Assembly (NCBI GenBank): GCA_963721455.1
Contig: CAVRJG010000021.1
Span: 252 to 64,251, forward strand
Origin: an uncultured Methanosarcinaceae archaeon
GTDB lineage: Archaea > Halobacteriota > Methanosarcinia > Methanosarcinales > Methanosarcinaceae
Direction of reading: 5' to 3'
DNA: 64,000 nucleotides
The translations under genes and the position numbers were made by a program. Position 1 is the stretch's first letter. The number at the start of each line of letters is the position of its first letter. This document shows positions 31,160 to 41,298 of this stretch, piece by piece. Under the pieces are notes generated by a model. It was not told the DNA's origin and searched no databases. It saw only the letters and a program-made list of their open reading frames with translations.

Positions 31160-32914
31160 TCAGGGCATGAGTTTCTTGAAAAATTCTTTAAGCCTGGAGT
31201 ATGGATACGTGTTCACAACGTCTTCTTTTTCAAGCCAGCCCCTACGAGCCTGCCCGAGGCCGTACCGTATGGATGCAAGGTCGGAAATAGCATGGCTGTC
31301 CGTAGAGATACAGAACTTCAAGCCGAAATTCTTTGCTCGCAGGATAAGCTCGTCGTTAAGGTCAAGCCTCGACGGCTGGCTGTTGATTTCCATCACCTTT
31401 CCGTTTGCAGCCGCAGCTTCAAAGACCTTTTCAAAGTTGACGGCATAGGCTTCTCTTTTCCCAAGCAGCCTGCCTGATGGATGGGCGAGAATATCAAGAT
31501 ACCTGTTTTTCAGAGCGGAAACGATTCTTTTGGTCATCTTTTTTTCAGGAGCTGAAAAGCCTGAGTGCACAGCTCCTACCACAATATCGAGTTCTTTGAG
31601 GATTTCATCCGGATAGTCCAGGCTTCCATCTTTCAGGATCTCAACCTCAGAACCTTTGAGGATTTTTATCTTGAAGCGTTTTGAGAGTTTATCAATCTCA
31701 TCCCATTGGACCTTTAATCTTTCTATTTTCATGCCGCTGGCAATCCTCTGGGAACGGGAATGGTCGGTGACTGCGATATACTCATAACCAAGAGCTTCCG
31801 CTTCCCCTATCATGGTTTCAAGGCTTTCTTTTCCTTCGCTATAGTTTGTATGCATATGGAGATCTCCCCTGAGATCACCTGCCTCTATAAGTTCAGGAAG
31901 GGCATTTTTTGCGGCGGCTTTAATTTCTCCCCGGCTTTCCCTAAGTTCGGGTGGGATATAGACAAGGCCCAGTTTTTCATAAATTTCCTCTTCGCTTTTG
32001 CCTGCAATCTGTTTTTCTGACTCTTTTGAATACAGTCCATATTCGGAGAGCTTGTAACCCTTTTTGATTGCAATATTTCTAAGTTCTATATTATGCTCCT
32101 TTGAGCCCGTAAAATATTGAAGCGCTGCTCCGTAACTTTCAGGTGCGACTACCCTCAGGTCAATAGCTGTTCCTTCTCTCAGGATTATACTGCTTTTTGT
32201 GCTGCCTTTTAAGACGACCTGTTCGACGTCCGGAAGGGAGACAAAGGCATCCATTACCTTCAATGCCTCTTCTTTTTCTGCTTCGGCAAGGATATCAATA
32301 TCCCCGATTGTTTCCTTCAACCTGCGAAGCGAGCCTGTGTAGATTATCTTCGAGAGATCTACTTTACATGTAGCGCTCTTACACCCGGCTTTTAAGGCTG
32401 ATATGAGTTCGTCTGCAAGTGGAAGCGCCTTTCCGAGAGCTATCCGGGAATGGCTTTTTTCATACTGTTCAATTGCCCTTGCGAGGTTTTCTTCGCTTTT
32501 TTCTCCGAAGTCTTCCAGTTTCCTGAGTTTGTGTGCATTGATCGCGTTCTTGAGGTCTGAAATATTCATTATTCCAAGGGCATCGGCAAGTTTTTTCATT
32601 CTCTTCGCCCCAAGCCCTCTGATTTCCATCAGTTCCGCAGTGCCTGGAGGGGCTTTCCCTTTAAGCTTTTCAAACTTCTCCACCTTGCCTGTTTCCAGAT
32701 ATTCAGCAATGTGATCGGCAATGGATTCCCCGATACCCGGAATTTCGGTCAGCCCTTCTTTCCCTTTTCTCGCATAGATTTTTTCGATATCTTCCCCAAG
32801 ATTCTCTATCATCTGAGCTGCTTTCCGGTAAGCTCCTGGTTTCCACTCAACCTGCTGGTATTCAAGAATGTCAGCAGCTTCATAAAGTAACTTGGCAATC
32901 TCGCGATTTTTCAA
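31160..32914 (-). CDS. polX: DNA polymerase X with C-terminal PHP domain
   Basis: AYRKAA, GIGESIA, GSLRRLKETIGDIDIL, LQYFTGSKEHN, DLHMHT, TDHS, LAHP, TDSH. Confidence 0.93.
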   Translation of the reverse strand: MKNREIAKLLYEAADILEYQQVEWKPGAYRKAAQMIENLGEDIEKIYARKGKEGLTEIPGIGESIADHIAEYLETGKVEKFEKLKGKAPPGTAELMEIRGLGAKRMKKLADALGIMNISDLKNAINAHKLRKLEDFGEKSEENLARAIEQYEKSHSRIALGKALPLADELISALKAGCKSATCKVDLSKIIYTGSLRRLKETIGDIDILAEAEKEEALKVMDAFVSLPDVEQVVLKGSTKSSIILREGTAIDLRVVAPESYGAALQYFTGSKEHNIELRNIAIKKGYKLSEYGLYSKESEKQIAGKSEEEIYEKLGLVYIPPELRESRGEIKAAAKNALPELIEAGDLRGDLHMHTNYSEGKESLETMIGEAEALGYEYIAVTDHSRSQRIASGMKIERLKVQWDEIDKLSKRFKIKILKGSEVEILKDGSLDYPDEILKELDIVVGAVHSGFSAPEKKMTKRIVSALKNRYLDILAHPSGRLLGKREAYAVNFEKVFEAAAANGKVMEINSQPSRLDLNDELILRAKNFGLKFCISTDSHAISDLASIRYGLGQARRGWLEKEDVVNTYPYSRLKEFFKKLMP

Positions 32915-32997
32915 TGGCTTCCCCCTTCCCTTTTACTCTCTTTTTCTAATCTTTTTTCTCCCTTCTTCTTCCCACGTAAATCTTCAAATTCCTTCCT

Positions 32998-34740
32998 TCA
33001 AATTCCTTCCTTCAAATTCCTGATATCTTTAACTGTAGTAACGTCAGAGGGCCCTTTATCGTATCTTATGCGTAAAAAGCGGGGAAAGCGCAAAGCAAGC
33101 CCTTTCTCCCCTTCCCCCTCTCCGGCGGTATGCCCCGGGCTTTCTGTTATTTCCATGCCAAGAGCTTCAATAACCACAGTGGGCTCCACGAAAGTATCAG
33201 GGAGCATTCTACTTTTTATGAATACATCTTTTGGGGCGTCAGCTATGATATGCTCTGAAAGCAGGCTGTCGATCTCTTTTGCATCCGCGTCGGTGAAACC
33301 TGTCCCCACTTTTGTGAAGGTTTCAAAACGCTGTTTATCTTCGTTGAGGACTGCACAGAGGAGAGCCCCAAATGAGCCTTTCCTTTTTCCTCGCCCGTAA
33401 TATTTTCCTACAATTACAAGGTCAAAGGTCTCCCTCATTCCTTCTGCATATTCTTCTTTCCATTTGAGCCAGAACCAGCTCCTTTTCCCGGCTTCGTAAA
33501 CAGAATTGCTGCCCATAGCTTTAATTACGATTCCTTCAAGCTTCTTTTCCAGGGTTTCGTTAAAAAAGTCCTCAATTTCTTCCAGATTATCAGTAACAAT
33601 TCTTCTGGCCAGGCGAATAATCCCCGATTCCTTTACATGCTCTTCAAGGAGCGTTCTTCTTTTCGGGTAGGGCTCTTTCAGGAGGGATCTTCCTTCCAGG
33701 TACAGGACATCAAAGAAAAAGATAGCTACAGGGCATATTTCAGTATATTTTCCAACCTCATACTTCCTGCGCCTCTGCATAAGTTTCTGGAATGGATAAA
33801 ATTCTTCTGTGGAGTCATTTCCTTTCCTGTCTTCGATGTATGCGACAATTTCCCCGTCAAGCACTATTTTATCCGCAAGAACGCTTTTCCTGGCAGCTTC
33901 GACGAGATCGGGATACTGGGCAGTTATATTCTCAAGCCTTCGAGAGAAGGCTTTAATCTCATTCCCGTCTTTATGGATCTGCACCCTCTCTCCATCATAT
34001 TTTTCTTCGGCTGCTTTTTTTCCGGAAATCCTTTCTTCAAGCTCTTCGAAAGTTTCCACGCGCTGGGCAAGCATCGACCTGACAGGCCTGCCCAGTTTTA
34101 TGGAAAAATGCCCGGATGCCCCGGACCCGTATTCTGCAAGGGATTCTGCAAGCTCTCCAATGTCAGTGCAGACGCTGTAGCTCTCCTTGATTTTTCCGGT
34201 GTATTTTTTGTCCCCTGTAAAAGCAATAGAAAATGCTTCGAGCAAAAACTGGTCCCCGACTCCCAGCCTGAGCCTCCCGAGGACAATCCTGATTATATAT
34301 TTCCCTTCTTCAGGGCTGGCCCGTTGCAGGATGTCGGACAGGAGCCCGGTCTTTTCCTCCTGGCTTCCTTTTCCTGAGGCTTCTTTTATCTCTCTGAGCC
34401 TTCCGAAGACCTCTCCAATTGTCAGGGAATTCCGTTCTCTCTCGTTTAACTCAAATGCCACATCCCCAAGGTCCCCTGTCCTTGAATATCTTTGTTTAAC
34501 TTCCTTTTCGGAAACTCCGTATGCCCCTGCAATAGCTTTTAAAGCAAGCTTTTCCCCGATTCCAAGTGTCGTGTTCTCAAAGGCAGGCCCTATGCTCCCG
34601 AGAAAAAGATATGCACTGTCCTTTACTTCCTTTCCTTCCAGCTCCTAAAAAAAATTAGCTATTTTCCTGACTATCTCTTTATAAGATGTTATCTTTTCAA
34701 GTTCCTCAAAAAGTTCTGCAAGCTCCATGAACCGAGCCAT
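32998..34740 (-). CDS. lig: ATP-dependent DNA ligase, with in-frame TAG at codon 32 (34645-34647)
   Basis: EEKYDGERVQIHK (KxDG), LDGEIV, FFDVLY, EGIVIK, WLKWK, LRFPRF; the frame extends upstream of the track start to ATG 34740 through a single TAG with ligase-like YLFLG..LGI..A..GDLGDVA sequence. Confidence 0.88.
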
Positions 34741-34954
34741 TGCCCTCTCCCCGAAAAAACGCCTTGAAATTTTTCTTTACCTATTATTCCATCCCCAGGT
34801 CTTTATCGTTTTGCACCCTCAAATTTCAGAAATAGAATCTTTCCTCTTTCTCCCACTAAAACAGCTACCCTCGCCATCCTCCCCTCATTACCGAAACCTT
34901 TAATATCTAAAAGATGCATGAGAAGAATAACACAGCACTTCTTTATATCCGTAT

Positions 34955-35026
34955 GCGACTGTGGTTTAGTGGCTATGACCTGAGCTTCCCAAGCTTAGAA
35001 CCCGGGTTCGAATCCCGGCAGTCGCA
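34955..35026 (+). tRNA. tRNA-Gly (CCC)
   Basis: GCGACTG/CAGTCGC acceptor, TGAGC-TTCCCAA-GCTTA anticodon arm, CCGGG-TTCGAAT-CCCGG T arm; TTTATA box upstream. Confidence 0.97.
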
Positions 35027-35141
35027 TTGAAAACTCTTTTAGCTATTTTTAAAAATATCGCATATTTTGTCTTCGTTCTTGAAATTTAAAAAAGTATTTT
35101 TGCAGAAAACCTTCTGAAAATACTCTTTTCCAGCTAGACTT

Positions 35142-35203
35142 TCTACTGAGATATTTTCTACTGAGATATTTCTACTGAGATATTTTCTACTGAGATATTT
35201 CCT
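35142..35203. repeat. 15-bp tandem repeat x4
   Basis: CTACTGAGATATTTT repeated between tRNA-Gly and the thioesterase 3' end. Confidence 0.85.
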
Positions 35204-35210
35204 GCTGAAT

Positions 35211-35621
35211 TTAAATGCAGGAAAGATCATCAAGTGAAGTTTTTTTCCTGTAGCCCATTCCCTGAAATATTGCCACAAGTTCTCCTTTATCATCAGTTAT
35301 ATTTACCGTATATGTTGAAATTTTAGGGTTTATTGACGTTTCTTTCGCCTCGGCTGTGAGGGTCTTGCCTGTTGCGGCTTTTACGAAAGAGATATTTGCA
35401 TTGATAGCAACAGCAACAGTGCCGTACGCATTTGATGCTGCAGCAAAAGTAATATCTGCAAGGGTAAATAATGCGCCTCCCTGAACGGTCTTCAGGGCGT
35501 TAAGGTGTTTTTCTTGTATATTCATCGTGGCTTTTGCATATCCGGGAGAAACTTCAAGCAGTTCTATCCCTGAGTTTGCAGCGAAATTATCTTTCTTAAA
35601 AAACTCTTTAATATTTTCCAT
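35211..35621 (-). CDS. PaaI-family hotdog thioesterase
   Basis: HLNALKTVQGGALFTLADITFAAASN. Confidence 0.9.
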   Translation of the reverse strand: MENIKEFFKKDNFAANSGIELLEVSPGYAKATMNIQEKHLNALKTVQGGALFTLADITFAAASNAYGTVAVAINANISFVKAATGKTLTAEAKETSINPKISTYTVNITDDKGELVAIFQGMGYRKKTSLDDLSCI

Positions 35622-35849
35622 GTAATAACTCCGGTTATTGTCTTAAAGTCATGGTTCATTCACCACCTTTCTAATTAAAATTATGCATACTGAACTGCAT
35701 TGGGAGACGACCAGCTCCATTCTTTTTCCCCTCCCTGTATAAATTACCTCCAAAATTTTCCGTTTCAGGAATTTATATTCCTGCCAAGCCCCGGAGTTGA
35801 CCGTCCCAATCTTCTTGAGCACCAAAAACAATTCCTTCTTTGGAAGAAT

Positions 35850-36554
35850 ATGGTGGAAAAGGATGCAGTATTTTGGAAGGCGGTTGCCAGGAGGGCCGCA
35901 CAGGTTATAGGAGGCCTACTCTTGATTATGGCATTGTTCTTTCTTTCTGCCGGTAGGCTTGACTTGTCAAGGGCATGGATTTTCTTCGGCCTTTATTTCG
36001 TCTCTTTATTTTTCAATATGATTCTTTTTCTCAAGTTCAATCCGGAGGTTATCAGTTCCCGTAGTGAAATGATCCGAGGAGACATGAAGTGGTGGGATAG
36101 GCTTTTTGGGGTGTTCTACACCATGTTTCTTTTCATCATGTTTATTGTGTGCGGGCTCGATGTGGGAAGATTCCAGCTTTCAAGCCCCGGGATGGAGTTT
36201 TTGGCTGTTGGCCTGGTATTTTTCTTTGTGGGCTGGGTATTTGTAGCGTGGGCAATGGTCGAAAACAAGTTTTTTGAAACGACAGTCCGCGTCCAAAAGG
36301 AGAGGAATCACAGGGTTGTTTCCACAGGGCCTTATGCCATTGTCCGGCATCCGGGCTATACCGGCATGATTCTGTTTTACGGTTGCACTCCGTTCATCAT
36401 TGGCTCTCTTTACGGGCTGATCCCTGCACTGTTACTTGCTGTTGCTTTTGTTTTCCGCACATACTTTGAAGACAGGATGCTCTACGAGGAGCTTCCGGGA
36501 TATAAGGAATATACGAAGAAGGTAAAGTACCGGCTTGTGCCGTTTATTTGGTGA
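35850..36554 (+). CDS. isoprenylcysteine carboxyl methyltransferase (ICMT/PEMT) family membrane protein
   Basis: ENKFF, VVSTGPYAIVRHPGY, EDRML...Y..Y...V.YRLVPFIW. Confidence 0.88.
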   Translation: MVEKDAVFWKAVARRAAQVIGGLLLIMALFFLSAGRLDLSRAWIFFGLYFVSLFFNMILFLKFNPEVISSRSEMIRGDMKWWDRLFGVFYTMFLFIMFIVCGLDVGRFQLSSPGMEFLAVGLVFFFVGWVFVAWAMVENKFFETTVRVQKERNHRVVSTGPYAIVRHPGYTGMILFYGCTPFIIGSLYGLIPALLLAVAFVFRTYFEDRMLYEELPGYKEYTKKVKYRLVPFIW

Positions 36555-37018
36555 GGGCACGGTGAAGAAAAACAGCCTGCAGAAACGGAAGGAAAGCTTG
36601 CCTTCATTGAGAGGCAGGCAGTTATTGGCATTACATAATATATGGTATATATGGAGTCAGAAGGCTGCGGAATAAAGTAAGAGGAAGGTATTCTGTGGAT
36701 CTGGCTGAAGCTCTAATGCTTTCGTGTGGGATTGTTTGTTATCTGCATATAATCTGGCGCACAACCCTAAAAGAATCGAAATTCAGGTTATTTCCATACA
36801 ATATTCTTTAATGAGGCGTAACAGATCTGTAACAGATAATCACTTTCAAAATGTCTGCAAATTCTGAAAACCAGACTAACCCCTATAGTTAATAGAGATT
36901 AATTACTTATAAACGATCATCTATTAATTTAATTGATTTATATTAAATCATTTTTTATTTAATTGGGTACATTTATGCAGTTGGTCCAAATGGTCTAATT
37001 CGCATACGGGGGTAAAGA

Positions 37019-38359
37019 ATGAAAATGAAATTAATAGTTTATCTGCTAGCGTTATGCCTAACGTTGTCTGTTGCGTCTGTGCAAGCAAATACTGGCGAAG
37101 TTGAAATGGATAACATGACCGGAATGCATACTTCTGATTTTACCGGCGTGATGACATGTATGCCTGGAACCATGGACAACATGACAGGCGTGGACAATAT
37201 GACAGGCATGGACAACATGACTGGAATGTATATCTGTGATTTTTCCGGCGTAATGACATCTATGCCTAGAACCATGGACAACATGACAGACATGGATAAC
37301 ATGACAGACATGGACAATATGACCGGTATGGATAACATGACCGGAATGCGTACTTCTGATTTTTCCGGCGTGATGACATGTATGCCTAGAACCATGGATA
37401 ACATGACCGGTATGGATAACATGACCGGTATGGATAACATGACCGGAATGCATACTTGTGATTTTTCCGGCGTGATGACATCTATGCCTAGAACCATGGA
37501 CAACATGACAGACATGGACAACATGACAGGCATGGACAACATGACCGGTATGGATAACATGACCGGAATGCGTACTTCTGATTTTTCCGGCGTAATGACC
37601 TGTATGCCTAGAACCATGGACAACATGACAGACATGGACAACATGACCGGCACGGACAACATGACCGGAATGTATATCTGTGATTTTTCCGGCGTGATGA
37701 CATCTATGCCTAGAACCATGGACAACATGACAGGCATGGACAACATGACAGGCATGGACAACATGACCGGCACGGACAACATGACAGACATGGACAACAT
37801 GACAGACATGGACAACGTGACCGGAATGTATATCTGTGATTTTTCCGGTGTGATGACATTTATGCCTAGAGCCATGGACAACATGACAGGCATGGATAAC
37901 GTGACAGGCATGGACAACATGACTGGCATGGACAACATGACCGGAACGCGTACTTATGATTTTTCCGGCGTAATGACCTGTATGCCTAGAACCATGGACA
38001 ACATGACAGACATGGACAACATGACTGGCATGGATAATGTGACAGGCATGGATAACGTGACAGGCATGGATAACATGACCGGAAATGCAACCGGTGCAGG
38101 TGCGGACGGCAAGATTGTTGAAGTGTCAATCAAGGATTCTGCCTTTAATCCCAAATCAGTTACAGTATTAAAAGGTGATACTGTAAGATGGACGAACCTT
38201 GATTCAACTGCCCACACAATTACAGGTTCGACTTTCGATTCCGGCACACTTCAAGAAGGAGAATCATATGATTTCCCGTGTGCCGACGCAGGCACCTATG
38301 AGTATCATTGCTCGATTCACCCTTCCATGAAGGGGACTGTAATAGTTGAGGAGAAATAA
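37019..38359 (+). CDS. secreted Met-rich repeat protein with C-terminal cupredoxin (type-1 Cu) domain
   Basis: Signal peptide; (MDNMTG)n repeats; VRWTN.D..AHTIT...YEYHCSIHPSMKGTVIV. Confidence 0.88.
   Translation: MKMKLIVYLLALCLTLSVASVQANTGEVEMDNMTGMHTSDFTGVMTCMPGTMDNMTGVDNMTGMDNMTGMYICDFSGVMTSMPRTMDNMTDMDNMTDMDNMTGMDNMTGMRTSDFSGVMTCMPRTMDNMTGMDNMTGMDNMTGMHTCDFSGVMTSMPRTMDNMTDMDNMTGMDNMTGMDNMTGMRTSDFSGVMTCMPRTMDNMTDMDNMTGTDNMTGMYICDFSGVMTSMPRTMDNMTGMDNMTGMDNMTGTDNMTDMDNMTDMDNVTGMYICDFSGVMTFMPRAMDNMTGMDNVTGMDNMTGMDNMTGTRTYDFSGVMTCMPRTMDNMTDMDNMTGMDNVTGMDNVTGMDNMTGNATGAGADGKIVEVSIKDSAFNPKSVTVLKGDTVRWTNLDSTAHTITGSTFDSGTLQEGESYDFPCADAGTYEYHCSIHPSMKGTVIVEEK
37108..38082 (+). repeat. nested 18-bp repeats in higher-order units
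   Basis: ATGGACAACATGACAGGC-type 18-mers in runs of 3-6 separated by eight DFSGVMTxMPRT spacers. Confidence 0.9.
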
Positions 38360-38641
38360 AGGTTTAGTTGAGGAGAAGTAAAGGTTTGGTTTTAGAGTGG
38401 ACTGAATGAAGGAAATACCAGTCTGCTCAAAACTCTTTATTTATCTTTATTTTATAATTGAAGAGCTTTAAAACGATTATCCTTTTTTTGAGTTACTTTA
38501 TATGACATTTCTTACTGAAATAAATTTAACAAAGATATCTATAAATGCTCCGAAAATTAATAGCATTTATCCAATTTTTCTTTTAAAAGCAGGGCTGCAC
38601 TCACCTGGCAATCTCAATAAATTTCGGTGACAAGTAAACAA

Positions 38642-39403
38642 ATGGATAAAGAGCGATTAAATGAAGAAAGAATAGAGTTACTTTCCCAAATTAATGCTCT
38701 TTTTGATTTTCCTCTAATGCTCTTGTCGGTTGTATGGTTAATTCTAATTCTTGTCGATTTTGTCTACGGGCTTTCTCCATTTTTGCAAACATTAAATCTG
38801 GTTATCTGGGGTATATTTATAATTGATTTTTTTATCGAACTGGATATTTCCCCGAAAAAAAAGGATTACTTAAAGAAGAACTGGCTTGTAGCTCTTTCAC
38901 TGTTTTTGCCCGCATTGAGGATTTTAAGCTTATTTCGCGGATTCAGGATAGCCAGATTTGCTAATTTTGTCCGATCCCTTAATCTGGCCCGGATTCTCTC
39001 TTCTTTTAATAGAAGCTTAAGAACGGTCCGGCAGGTAATGAGGCAGCGAGGCTTGAAATATATCCTCCTTCTTACGACTTTGATAACTTTTCTTGGAGCA
39101 GCAGGCATGTACGATTTTGAGCGTTCAGGGCTTACTTCTTATTGGGACGCCCTCTGGTGGACAGCAATGATTATGACGACAATAGGAAGCGATTACTGGC
39201 CAAAAACTGCCGAAGGAAGGGTACTGGCTTTTCTTTTATCGGTTTATGCTTTTGCAATTTTCGGATACATTACCGCAGCCATTGCAAGTCTACTTGTCGG
39301 AAAAGATAAAGAGTCATCTTCAAAAGAGATTGCAGAGCTCCGCAGTGAAGTACAGCGCCTTTCCAGTGAAATTAACGAGGTTCCCAAAAGAGAAAAAAAG
39401 TAG
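38642..39403 (+). CDS. potassium channel / ion transporter
   Basis: S4-like LRILSLFRGFRIARF; pore YWDALWWTAMIMTTIGSDYWP; GYITA. Confidence 0.85.
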   Translation: MDKERLNEERIELLSQINALFDFPLMLLSVVWLILILVDFVYGLSPFLQTLNLVIWGIFIIDFFIELDISPKKKDYLKKNWLVALSLFLPALRILSLFRGFRIARFANFVRSLNLARILSSFNRSLRTVRQVMRQRGLKYILLLTTLITFLGAAGMYDFERSGLTSYWDALWWTAMIMTTIGSDYWPKTAEGRVLAFLLSVYAFAIFGYITAAIASLLVGKDKESSSKEIAELRSEVQRLSSEINEVPKREKK

Positions 39404-39451
39404 GTTTACTAAAGTTTTCGATAGTTTTTGCTGCCTGCCTGTTACCGGCTC

Positions 39452-39703
39452 TTAACTTCGTTCTGGAATTTTAAGCAGCCGGATTAAACCTGCAAAGGCT
39501 ACAAGTGCCCATGTTCCTTCCAGAATTACAAAGGGCGTATAATTAATCAGAACTGACGCATAGCATGAGAGCCCTGCTCCCACCACATTAAGGATTGTAT
39601 ACGTTTTCGTATCCGGCATCAGTATTTTGAAGAGATTGAGGAAAAAGGCAAGTAATAACAGGAGTACACCTGTTGAGCCCACTATTACCGAAAGTTCAAT
39701 CAT
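39452..39703 (-). CDS. small membrane protein (CBU_0592-like)
   Basis: Three hydrophobic segments, YTILNVVGA, FVILEGTW. Confidence 0.7.
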   Translation of the reverse strand: MIELSVIVGSTGVLLLLLAFFLNLFKILMPDTKTYTILNVVGAGLSCYASVLINYTPFVILEGTWALVAFAGLIRLLKIPERS

Positions 39704-39919
39704 ATACGGGCAATATAATTTTTATCTTTATATATATTTTCCTACTTTCGGTTCTGTAGAAATCCTCAGAATAAGGAATCTTCATTAATTTGAACTGAAT
39801 TATCGGATATATTTTTTCGTATTTATTTTCAGCCTCTTGCGTCTGATTTAGATAGGTTTTCTACAAAGCCCTACTTTCGTTCATTTAAATATGTGACTTC
39901 TGCCCTGAAATTAATTTTT

Positions 39920-40543
39920 TCAGCTCTTTTTTTGTTTTGGTGCCGATCTCTTATCTATAAATATAGCTATTACAGTGACCGCCATCGCAAGTGCAAGTAC
40001 TCTCATCATATTAAATCTGAAGTCAGTGCCAATCATGAGGGCATGTATTGAAACAAGTAAAAAGGCCAGGTAACTGAGGTAGTGAACTTTCCGCCAGTTC
40101 CTGTATTTTTTCCTGTATATCGCAATTCCGGCAGCCAGGAGGAACAGGTAAAAAGCCGGACGACCTGCCAGTGCGATGAAAATATTTGCCTGAGAAATTG
40201 GAGAAAAAATCTGGACGCCCCGTCCCTGTAAAACAAAAGTCAACGGGTGAATGAGAATAAACAGAATCCCGATTCTTGCCAGATTATGGTGAGCTTTCAT
40301 AAAAGGCAATCCTGATATTTTTTTAATTTTAACCATATACTCAGATGTGACTATTGCAAGAAAGAGCGTCAGGTAACCGAATGTCCCTGCAAATCTCCGG
40401 AGCATTTCAATAGGCTCCTCAGGAGTTTGCAGAATTATATATATCATAAACGCGATTATAAACAGAATTATGCCGTAAATTGAATAAAAAGGTTTATTCG
40501 AGACTCCTTTGCCTGGACTTTCTCCGCCTGATCTACGACCCAT
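39920..40543 (-). CDS. ferric reductase-like transmembrane domain protein
   Basis: HHNLA..ILIHP, WRKVHYLSY..SIHAL paired His in TM helices. Confidence 0.8.
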   Translation of the reverse strand: MGRRSGGESPGKGVSNKPFYSIYGIILFIIAFMIYIILQTPEEPIEMLRRFAGTFGYLTLFLAIVTSEYMVKIKKISGLPFMKAHHNLARIGILFILIHPLTFVLQGRGVQIFSPISQANIFIALAGRPAFYLFLLAAGIAIYRKKYRNWRKVHYLSYLAFLLVSIHALMIGTDFRFNMMRVLALAMAVTVIAIFIDKRSAPKQKKS

Positions 40544-41084
40544 ATCTTTTCCCGCCTCATCCCTATCCAGAATTCCCCCCCCGAAAGCAACTTTGCTACT
40601 CTTTTCTCACTAATAAATGCTACTACAGGCTTTTATTCTTAAAAAAGCAACCATAGCCCATTATCTTACTCTTATCTCTGGTAAGAGTGGCTTTTTTACT
40701 ATTTATTAGATTACTTTAATCGCATTAAAATTAATTCTTATTAATAAAATTGTCTTTCTCTCCTGTCTTCTCAGGCAAATACCCGAATGTACTTGCAGTT
40801 ATTCCAGAACTTAATATTCGTTTTTTGAATCTCGTCTCTGGAATTATAAGTCGAATTTCAGGCCATAGAGCAATCCTGAGGGCTCTTTAGATTAAGTCTT
40901 AAATGGGTTTTGGCATAAGTTTCTTATTAAAAAGTATTACTTTCATATGAAATAGTACGTATAATAATATTTATCTGAAATGCGTTTATATAATATATAT
41001 TATATAATATATTCTTTTCATTAACTATTGTTTCGTATTTATATTTCCATATCTATTATATTCTTCGAGTATAATCTTCTGTTG

Positions 41085-41280
41085 GTAAATACAATTTGTT
41101 GGTGCAACCTGAGATCATTTTCGTCGGAATATAATTTTTCAGCACGTAAATGGGGGTAAAATTTGCCAGTGATACATCTTCCGGAAATAATACGGATGAT
41201 TAACTGGTAAAATCATATTTTACGTGCTGTATCTGCCGATGGAAATAGTCGAAAAGCCAACATTCTTAAAATCGTATCAA
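41085..41280 (+). promoter_or_regulatory. structured 5' leader of peptide gene A
   Basis: Follows CCATATCTATTATA box; nested stems TGTTGG/CCAACA, ATTTTCGTCGG/CCGATGGAAAT, CAGCACGTAAA/TTTACGTGCTG, TTTGCCAGT/ACTGGTAAA. Confidence 0.6.
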
Positions 41281-41298
41281 ATCGAGGAGTGTATACAA

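Noticed and set aside
40987-41006. Perfect 20-bp palindrome TATATAATATATATTATATA
   Set aside because: Composed only of A/T in a very AT-rich tract; low information content.
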